This document shows positions 6,906 to 14,351 of a stretch of DNA of 40,988 bases, in pieces. A program made the position numbers and the translations under genes. The stretch comes from Gemmiger formicilis (GTDB lineage: Bacteria > Bacillota_I > Bacilli_A > RFN20 > CAG-826), in the NCBI GenBank assembly GCA_963626345.1, contig CAVFXI010000021.1:1-40988 (forward strand). Direction: 5' to 3'. The notes under the pieces were generated by a model. The model did not search any database and was not told the origin of the DNA. It saw nothing but the letters and a program-made list of their open reading frames with translations. How positions within the stretch are numbered: the first letter of the stretch is position 1; each line of letters starts with the position of its first letter.

Positions 6906-8810
6906 ATGAAATTCATAAAAGAACACTTATTTTTAATACGATTTATTACAGCCCTTATATTATTAATTGCATCTATAATTATTAAATATGCTGCCCCAAA
7001 TTATATTCTATATATTGCACTCCCATTAACAATTGTTGGTTATATAGTTATTGTTTACGACTTAGTTATTGAAATGTTTGAAGGTTTTAAAGAAAAAGAA
7101 ATTTTCAGTGAAGAAACATTAACCATTATTGCATCAATTGCCGCGATCACTATTGGAATTATTAATGGCGAAGGCGAATTTGTTGATGGTTTAGCAGTTG
7201 TTTTATTCTTCCAACTCGGTGAACATTTCGAAGATTATGCTTTGGATAATTCAAGAAAATCAATCGAATCATTAATGGAGTTAAGACCAGATTATGTAAG
7301 ACTTTTAGAGAATGGAAAAGAAAAAACAGTTGATCCATCAAAAGCTAAAATAGGTGATTTATTCATTGTTAAACCTGGCGAAATTGTCCCATTAGATGGG
7401 GAAATTGTTGACGGAAAAACAATGATTAATACTTCATCAATTACAGGCGAATCGTTACCACAATCAGCTTCTAAAGATGATAAAATTTTATCAGGAGTTG
7501 TGAATATCGAATCTCCAATTACGATAAAAGCCACTAAAACTTATGGAGATTCAACTGTCGCAAAAATTCTTGATATGGTTGAAAACGCAACTAACAAGAA
7601 AACAAAAAGCGAAAAATTTATTACTAAATTTGCAAAAATCTACACTCCAATTGTTATTTCATTAGCATTCTTAGTTGCAATTGTTCCCCCAATTTTCTTT
7701 GGAATTAAAGATGGGAATTGGGCAACATGGTCCGATTGGATCTATAGAGGTGCATCCATGCTTGTTATTTCATGTCCATGTGCAATTGTAATTTCTATAC
7801 CAATGTCTTATGTTGTTTCTATTGGAACTGCAAGTAAAAATAAAATTTTAATTAAAGGTTCAACTTATCTAGAATTAATTGCAAAATCAAATTCTATCTA
7901 TCTTGATAAAACCGGAACAATCACTGAAGGCCAATTCAAAATTGATAAAATTGAAACAATTGAAAATATCAATGAAAAGGAATTATTAGATTTAGCAATT
8001 ACAGCTGAATGCTATTCAAATCACCCAATTGCAAAGACAATTACAACAAATGTTGATCTTGATTCTTATAAAAAAGATATAAAAGAATACCAACAAGTTG
8101 ATGGAAAAGGAGTAGTTTGTTTATATAAAGGTAAAAAATTAGTTGTAGGAAATGCAAAATTATTTAAATTGGAGAACTTAGAATTTATTGAATCTAAAGA
8201 AGTTGGAACCATAATTTATGTTGCTTATGACAATAAATTCTTAGGAAACCTAGTCATTAGAGACACAATTAAACCAAATACAATTGAAGCAATACAATTA
8301 TTCAAGAAACATGGGATTACAAATATCACAATGCTTACTGGCGATAACAAAGAAATCGCTAAAGATATTGCAGGAAAAGTTGGCATAACTAATTATCAAG
8401 CCGAACTTCTTCCTATAGATAAAACAAAAGCTTTAGAAAATGCTAAAAATAATGGCGAAATAACTATGTTTGTTGGAGATGGCGTTAATGATGCTCCTTC
8501 TCTAGTATTAAGTGATATAGGAATTTCAATGGGCTCAATCGGTTCTGATTCTGCAATTGAAGCTAGTGACATTGTAATTATGGATGATGACTTAAAACGC
8601 ATTCCATTCCTAAAATCTCTTGCTAAATTAAATAAATTTGTTGTTTATTGGAACTTAATATTTGCAATTGCTATTAAAGTTGCAACTCTTATATTAAATA
8701 TGTTAGGCGTCCTTGGACAATGGGCAATTGCAGCCGCAATATTCGCTGATGTTGGTGTCACAATTATTTGTTGTATTAATAGTTTATTAATTTCATTAAA
8801 GAAAAAATAA
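6906..8810 (+). CDS. cadA: heavy-metal (Zn/Cd/Co-type) P1B-type ATPase lacking an N-terminal HMA metal-binding domain
   Basis: 634 aa with CPC in a TM helix (SCPCAIVISIP), DKTGTIT, TGDN, GDGVNDAP and a C-terminal FADVG motif. The protein starts directly in TM segments. It is coupled to the ArsR gene with a 4-nt gap and has a GGAGGAA SD. Confidence 0.9.
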   Translation: MKFIKEHLFLIRFITALILLIASIIIKYAAPNYILYIALPLTIVGYIVIVYDLVIEMFEGFKEKEIFSEETLTIIASIAAITIGIINGEGEFVDGLAVVLFFQLGEHFEDYALDNSRKSIESLMELRPDYVRLLENGKEKTVDPSKAKIGDLFIVKPGEIVPLDGEIVDGKTMINTSSITGESLPQSASKDDKILSGVVNIESPITIKATKTYGDSTVAKILDMVENATNKKTKSEKFITKFAKIYTPIVISLAFLVAIVPPIFFGIKDGNWATWSDWIYRGASMLVISCPCAIVISIPMSYVVSIGTASKNKILIKGSTYLELIAKSNSIYLDKTGTITEGQFKIDKIETIENINEKELLDLAITAECYSNHPIAKTITTNVDLDSYKKDIKEYQQVDGKGVVCLYKGKKLVVGNAKLFKLENLEFIESKEVGTIIYVAYDNKFLGNLVIRDTIKPNTIEAIQLFKKHGITNITMLTGDNKEIAKDIAGKVGITNYQAELLPIDKTKALENAKNNGEITMFVGDGVNDAPSLVLSDIGISMGSIGSDSAIEASDIVIMDDDLKRIPFLKSLAKLNKFVVYWNLIFAIAIKVATLILNMLGVLGQWAIAAAIFADVGVTIICCINSLLISLKKK

Positions 8811-8816
8811 TAAAGA

Positions 8817-8850
8817 CTAAAAAAACCAAGATTAATTCTTGGTTTTTTCA
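8817..8850. terminator. bidirectional rho-independent terminator between convergent cadA and sdaA
   Basis: AACCAAGA-TTAAT-TCTTGGTT stem, flanked by an A run on one side and a T run on the other. Confidence 0.75.
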
Positions 8851-8860
8851 TTTATAACAA

Positions 8861-10057
8861 CTATTTTATCAAGCTTGCTAATCCTCCGCGCGAAGTTTCT
8901 TTGTAGTCAGGATTCAAAGAAACACCTGTAACTCTCATAGCCTCAACAACTTTATCAAAACTAACTTTATTTTTACGAATTGGAGCAATATTTTTAGCAT
9001 ATAAATAACTTTCATATGCTCTCATTGCGCCTATTCCATTTCTTTCTATACAAGGAATTTGCACATAACCCAAAACTGGATCGCAAGTTAAACCCAAAAA
9101 ATGTTCTAAAGCAACTTCAGCACCATATTGAATTTGTTCAGTCGATAATAAGTTAACATAACATAAAGCAGCTGTAGCCATTGCTGTAGCAACACCTACT
9201 TCTGCCTGACATCCTAAAACCGCGCCAGAAATAGAAGCATTTTCCTTACAAATATTTCCAAAAAGTCCGGCAACTTTTAATCCATTAATTAATGCCTTTT
9301 TATCTTTGTGTTTGAAGTTATATTCATAATATAAAACTGCTGGTAATATGCCGCATGATCCACAAGTTGGAGCAGTAACAACCATATCCCCACATGCATT
9401 GCCTTCTAGACACGCATAAGCAAACGAGGAAATTAACATTAATTTTGATTCGAGTTTTTCTTCATTTAATGCATTTTCATATATACTTTTAGCAACTCTT
9501 TTCAAACCAATTGGGCCTGGAATTGTTCCTTCCTTTTTAAGATTTGTTTCTACTTCGTTAAACATATTATCAAGAACATTGCTTAAGTATTCATCTAAAT
9601 CGCTGTCTTCATTTTCGTTAACATAATCTATTAAAGACATATTCATACGTGAAATATATTCGTATATATCACTAAAATGATTTAATTTATAAACATCGCT
9701 CTTATGAACATCTTTTAAATCTTTAACTATTTCCCCACCACCAATCGAATAATAAACCTGTTCTTTTACTAGCGCACCCTTGGAATATGCTTTAAACTCC
9801 ATAGTATTTGGATGTTTTAAATCTTTTTTAATTAAATCAAAATAAACATCAGTATCAATTCCTTTTAATGTATTGATAATTACATTATCAGTAAAATGTC
9901 CTTTACCAGTTAAGGCTAAAGAACCATATAAAGTCACTTTGATTTTATCTACATTTTTAAGATCTTTAATAAAATCTAAAGCCGCTCTATTTGGCCCAAT
10001 AGTATGAGAAGATGATGGTCCTGGGCCAACTATAAATAATTTTTTAATTGAATCCAT
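8861..10057 (-). CDS. sdaA: L-serine ammonia-lyase (iron-sulfur dependent, single-chain form)
   Basis: GPGPSSSHTIGP N-terminal motif, APTCGSCGILPA and a C-terminal SRGGLA. The track start at 10072 is a TTG; the ATG at 10057 lies 6 nt after an AGGAG and is preferred. Confidence 0.85.
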   Translation of the reverse strand: MDSIKKLFIVGPGPSSSHTIGPNRAALDFIKDLKNVDKIKVTLYGSLALTGKGHFTDNVIINTLKGIDTDVYFDLIKKDLKHPNTMEFKAYSKGALVKEQVYYSIGGGEIVKDLKDVHKSDVYKLNHFSDIYEYISRMNMSLIDYVNENEDSDLDEYLSNVLDNMFNEVETNLKKEGTIPGPIGLKRVAKSIYENALNEEKLESKLMLISSFAYACLEGNACGDMVVTAPTCGSCGILPAVLYYEYNFKHKDKKALINGLKVAGLFGNICKENASISGAVLGCQAEVGVATAMATAALCYVNLLSTEQIQYGAEVALEHFLGLTCDPVLGYVQIPCIERNGIGAMRAYESYLYAKNIAPIRKNKVSFDKVVEAMRVTGVSLNPDYKETSRGGLASLIK

Positions 10058-10058
10058 A

Positions 10059-10295
10059 TTATTCTCCTGCAATACCCATTAAAAGTTCAGACAAACTTAT
10101 CCCCAAACCATTGCTAATCTTGTTTAAAACTTTAAGGGTAGGATTTCTATTTCCTCTTTCTAAATCAGATAAATAATTTGAATTAATATTGCTTCTAAAA
10201 GCTAATTCTTCGATGGATATTTTTTGTTTATTTCTTAAATAACGAACTCTTGCACCGAATTGTTGATTAACATCCAAAATACCACTAATCTTCAT
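10059..10295 (-). CDS. XRE-family helix-turn-helix transcriptional regulator
   Basis: 78 aa with a typical Cro/C1 HTH (ISIEELAFRSNINSNYLSDLERGNRNPTLKVLNKISNGLGISLSELL). It overlaps the whiA 3' end, and its last codons form the sdaA SD. Confidence 0.75.
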   Translation of the reverse strand: MKISGILDVNQQFGARVRYLRNKQKISIEELAFRSNINSNYLSDLERGNRNPTLKVLNKISNGLGISLSELLMGIAGE

Positions 10296-11244
10296 GTCTA
10301 AATCCTTTCGCCATATCCTTAATTTTTATGAATAAATGATTAACATTCGATTTAGAAACTGGTTTATTTATTTTCTCAGACAATAACTCCGCTAGTTCAC
10401 TGAAAGTTGCTTCTTTATTATCGAGCCTTAAATAACAAAGTTCCCTTAACTTTTCATTTCCTATATTTTTAATCCCTAATGACTTATCAATTTGCATTAT
10501 ATCTTTAATTTGCTGCTCCGAAATAGTAATAGTCTTCTTAAAATTATATGAATCCATATTCATTAATCTATTTAAAGAATTTGCGTTATCACGGTCAATT
10601 CTTATACTCTCAAATTCTAAACAAGAATTATTCGCTTCAAGATAGGCTAAAAAGTTAGAAATCTGATCAGATCTTTTTAAATAAACTACATAATTGTTTC
10701 GCCTTTGTATTATCTTAAAATTAAATTCAAGATCCTTAATTTTTCTAATTAATTTTAAAATGGCTTCACTAAAAGATTCATCATTTGTATACATTTCAAG
10801 GTGATAATTAGAACTTACAGGATTACTACAAGTTCCATTATTTAAAAATAACCCTTCTAAATACCCCTTAATTTTTACATCTTTGTCTGTCAAGTTATAT
10901 GGAATTTTACTATCTAAATAATTTATTTCTAACGCATTTAAAATCTCATCAACATCGCTATTAATATTAATAATGTATTGGGTAGTCTTTTTAAATTGCA
11001 TCATTATCCTATAAGAAAAAGATATATTTGCTTCAGGAAATTCCTTTTTAATTAAACTATATATGTATTTAGCAACTTTGTTATTTTCTGTTTTTAATAA
11101 TAATTTTGTATCCCCATTAGAAATATTTAAACTCCCGCTGCTCCTTATAAAAGCGCTCAAAATAGATTTTGATTTTGTTTCGTTATAAGGGAGTTCAATC
11201 AATTCCTCTTTTATTCTTTGTGTGAAACTTATTTCGGTAGACAT
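10285..11244 (-). CDS. whiA: DNA-binding protein WhiA
   Basis: 319 aa. The N-terminus SFTQRIKEEL, a LAGLIDADG-like middle region and a C-terminal HTH are typical of WhiA. Confidence 0.9.
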   Translation of the reverse strand: MSTEISFTQRIKEELIELPYNETKSKSILSAFIRSSGSLNISNGDTKLLLKTENNKVAKYIYSLIKKEFPEANISFSYRIMMQFKKTTQYIININSDVDEILNALEINYLDSKIPYNLTDKDVKIKGYLEGLFLNNGTCSNPVSSNYHLEMYTNDESFSEAILKLIRKIKDLEFNFKIIQRRNNYVVYLKRSDQISNFLAYLEANNSCLEFESIRIDRDNANSLNRLMNMDSYNFKKTITISEQQIKDIMQIDKSLGIKNIGNEKLRELCYLRLDNKEATFSELAELLSEKINKPVSKSNVNHLFIKIKDMAKGFRHED

Positions 11245-11270
11245 ATACTAATTATACACTTTTAAGTGTA
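11245..11270 (-). promoter_or_regulatory. TATAAT 6 nt upstream of the whiA ATG, overlapped by a 7-2-7 palindrome TACACTT-TT-AAGTGTA
   Basis: The minus strand reads TACACTTAAAAGTGTATAAT-tagtat-ATG. The -10 is at 11251-11256 and the palindrome at 11255-11270. No SD is present. The site lies in the 27-nt gap after the trxB stop. Confidence 0.45.
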
Positions 11271-11271
11271 A

Positions 11272-12192
11272 TTATTTTTTATTATTTAAATATCTAATTG
11301 CACTTGTTGCAGCAATTGCCCCATCACTTGACGCTGTTACAATTTGTTTTAATGGTTTTCGGACAATATCTCCAATTGCATAAACACCTATCACATTTGT
11401 TTCGCAATTAGAATTTACATTAATATAGCCATTATTCATATCTAAATTTAAAGTATTCAAAAAATATGATGATGGTATTTCGCCAATAAATGGGAAAACT
11501 CCTGATACATTGAGAGAAAGCTCATCCCTGGTTTTAGTATTTTCAAGTATGACACCAGTTAAACCAAACTCATCACCTATATACTCCTTTATTGAAAAAC
11601 CATATAGGAAATCCACTCTTTTTGAATTTTTAAGTTTTTCTAAATCATTATCTTCATCATCTAAATCATTATCATTAACAAGATATAATTTATTAACCAA
11701 TTTTTCTAAGTACAAAGCTTCTTTATAACCTTTGCTTTCATTAGCAAATACTAAAACGTCTTTATTTCTATAGAAAAATCCATCACAAACTGCACAATAA
11801 GAAATTCCTCTCCCCAAAAATTCTTTTTCGCCATTAATACCAGCTTTTTTATTTGTAGAACCAGTAGCAATAATTAAAACTTTAACTAAATATGTATTAT
11901 TATCAGCAACAACCTTAAATAAGTCTTCTTCTTTAGTTATTCCTTGAATATTATCTTTGGTAACTTCAATATTTCTTGCTTTTAATTGTTCTTGATATTT
12001 CATAATTAGTTCAGGCCCAGAAATCGTCGTAAAACCAGGATAATTTTCAATATCGGTGATAGTGTTTAGTTTCCCACCAACCATCTCTTTTTCAAGCAAA
12101 ACAAAACTATATTTACTTCTAGATAAGTAAATTGCAGCACTAATGCCAGCTGGACCAGCTCCAATAATTAATATATCTTTATTAACAGTCAT
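11272..12192 (-). CDS. trxB: thioredoxin-reductase-family flavoprotein lacking the NADPH-binding motifs
   Basis: 306 aa with a GAGPAG FAD motif, a CAVC redox centre and a C-terminal GVYAIGD. Where NTRs have VIGGGNSAVEEALYL...HRRxxxR, this protein has VFANESKGYKEALYL...NDNDLDDEDND. Confidence 0.85.
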   Translation of the reverse strand: MTVNKDILIIGAGPAGISAAIYLSRSKYSFVLLEKEMVGGKLNTITDIENYPGFTTISGPELIMKYQEQLKARNIEVTKDNIQGITKEEDLFKVVADNNTYLVKVLIIATGSTNKKAGINGEKEFLGRGISYCAVCDGFFYRNKDVLVFANESKGYKEALYLEKLVNKLYLVNDNDLDDEDNDLEKLKNSKRVDFLYGFSIKEYIGDEFGLTGVILENTKTRDELSLNVSGVFPFIGEIPSSYFLNTLNLDMNNGYINVNSNCETNVIGVYAIGDIVRKPLKQIVTASSDGAIAATSAIRYLNNKK

Positions 12193-12832
12193 ACTTTTTT
12201 ATTTCCTTATATAAATCATTATAGTTAGAACAGAAAGCTAAAGGAAATATTTTGCTTTCATATGGTCTTTTTTTCATAGTCATCATTATTGTTTTAACAT
12301 TTGCATTTTTTCCACAATAATAATCAAATTCAGTGTCTCCAACACTAATTGCTTCTTCATTTTTAACATTTAACTTATTTAAAATGCTTAATAAACCTTC
12401 TGGGTTTGGCTTTAGTGTTTTAACATCATCAGCAGTAACAATTTCGCTAAACAAATTAATATCAATTCCCGCTAATTCAAGTGTATATCGAGTCATCCTT
12501 GAATCTTTATTTGTTAAAACTGCAAGTTGATAACCATCTTTTTTAAGATCATTTAAAACATTAACTACATTTGGAAATTTTTTTATATTACTTTTATATA
12601 ACCCAGGTGTAATTCGATTATATTCATTAAAAATAAATTCTTGATCCATTTCGGGAAAAACTCTTTTAATTGAATCTCTAAGAGGAGGCCCACTAAAAGT
12701 TCTAATTACATCATCATCCAAAAAATAATCGCTTGGTTTATATAATCTAATAAGCTCTTTCCAAGTTGCTAAAATAACTTCATCAGTATCAACCAACGTT
12801 CCGTCTACATCAAATACAACTAACTTCAACAT
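12182..12832 (-). CDS. HAD-IA hydrolase (PpaX/phosphoglycolate-phosphatase-like)
   Basis: 216 aa with DVDGTLVDT motif I, LTNK motif II and GDTEFD motif IV. Its position after lgt mirrors Bacillus lgt-(yvoD)-ppaX. Confidence 0.75.
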   Translation of the reverse strand: MLKLVVFDVDGTLVDTDEVILATWKELIRLYKPSDYFLDDDVIRTFSGPPLRDSIKRVFPEMDQEFIFNEYNRITPGLYKSNIKKFPNVVNVLNDLKKDGYQLAVLTNKDSRMTRYTLELAGIDINLFSEIVTADDVKTLKPNPEGLLSILNKLNVKNEEAISVGDTEFDYYCGKNANVKTIMMTMKKRPYESKIFPLAFCSNYNDLYKEIKKYDC

Positions 12833-12833
12833 A

Positions 12834-14351
12834 TTAATCTTCTTCTTTTACTTTCAAAATTAATTTGCCATGGTCTCTATAATATTGCCAGACTGCAAAA
12901 AGAATAATAACTAAAACACCAATCCCCATCATTCCAAATGCACTATAGTAACTCCATTGGTTGTTGTTACCCATATTATAACCGCTAAATCTCTTAGGCT
13001 CTAAAATAGCTCTAGTTGCACCATACCAAATAAAGTACCACCCTAAACATGTACCATCACACCCGAGGAAATGGAAAACATTGTTGTACCATTTCTTATT
13101 TTCATTTTCTTTAGGAAGAGCTAATTTCTTAAATCCTAATCTAATTCCATGTTCAATAGCAAAGAATCCAATAGTATTTGTAATACCCTCTATCAAAAAT
13201 AAAGGAACATAAATTTTCCCGCTATTCATCAACGAAAGAGCACTCGTGATACTATAAGCTTTTCCGTTGCTATCAGAACTTGAGAAATGCATATTATTTT
13301 TAATAAATACAGGTAACCAATTCCATGATGATTGATCAACCAAATTACCATGAACTTCATTATTAAAGAAATTGCCCCATCTTCCAATACATTGAGCAAA
13401 GAGCATTGATGCCACACAAACATCTATTACTGTTAAATAATTCATCTTTGTATATGGTGCTTTTTTCATTTTGTATTTAAGAACTAATAAATATGCAACA
13501 CCACAAATAACACCTAAAGATGCGCCCATAATTGCAAGGCCACCTTCATTAATTGCAAAAATTCTTAAAGGATTCTTGTTAAAGCCATCTCTTTCCCAGT
13601 TCCCGATTACATACCAAATTCTGCAACCGATAATTCCAGTTGGGAAACCAATTAAAAATACATTTGTTAATAAACCTTTTTCTCCATACAAAACTTTCAT
13701 CTTATATGAATCGATTAAGAAAACAGTAATGCCTCCACCTAAAATACAAAAAGCATAAATTGCAACATTAAATCCCCAACTATCTCCAGTTGGAACGGGT
13801 CTCCAATTATATCCAAGATTAACAGTTACAAGTCTAATTCCACTACTTCCAATATAAATTCTATTGGCTAATGGATATCTTAAGTAAGGAGCATTTCCTT
13901 CAACAAAAACTATAAGAAAAATCGCGCATAAAACCGCAGAACCAATCAAAGTCCAAAAAAGTTTTTTCTTTTCTTTTGGTTCTTTTAAATTGAAATAAAA
14001 ATATTGAGCAAATAAAACTACAACGGCGAAAATACCTAAAGAAAGTAGAACTGCTCCACCATAAATCATAAATGAATGCAAACCATCCACATGTGATTCT
14101 AGCGTATTTTCAATGTAATCAATATTTTCAGGGTTCGTATAAAATTGAACAGCAAACAAAATCATCGACGCCAATAAACAAATATAAGAAACAATATAAA
14201 AAGCTTTCTTTTCTTTGAAAATTATTTTTTCAAAGTTCTTTTCTTTTACAAACTTAGGAATTGGTAAAGCGAATAAAACGATAGCTGTAGCTAAAGTAAT
14301 TAATGCAAATGCTAATGTAATTGAATGTACTGTTGTATCTACTGTATTCAT
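12834..14351 (-). CDS. lgt: phosphatidylglycerol:prolipoprotein diacylglyceryl transferase with a long N-terminal extension
   Basis: 505 aa. The C-terminal ~310 aa carry the Lgt signature GRWGNFFNNEVHG and typical TM pattern. The N-terminal ~190 aa are four extra TM helices. The start overlaps the uvrA stop (ATGA). Confidence 0.85.
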   Translation of the reverse strand: MNTVDTTVHSITLAFALITLATAIVLFALPIPKFVKEKNFEKIIFKEKKAFYIVSYICLLASMILFAVQFYTNPENIDYIENTLESHVDGLHSFMIYGGAVLLSLGIFAVVVLFAQYFYFNLKEPKEKKKLFWTLIGSAVLCAIFLIVFVEGNAPYLRYPLANRIYIGSSGIRLVTVNLGYNWRPVPTGDSWGFNVAIYAFCILGGGITVFLIDSYKMKVLYGEKGLLTNVFLIGFPTGIIGCRIWYVIGNWERDGFNKNPLRIFAINEGGLAIMGASLGVICGVAYLLVLKYKMKKAPYTKMNYLTVIDVCVASMLFAQCIGRWGNFFNNEVHGNLVDQSSWNWLPVFIKNNMHFSSSDSNGKAYSITSALSLMNSGKIYVPLFLIEGITNTIGFFAIEHGIRLGFKKLALPKENENKKWYNNVFHFLGCDGTCLGWYFIWYGATRAILEPKRFSGYNMGNNNQWSYYSAFGMMGIGVLVIILFAVWQYYRDHGKLILKVKEED

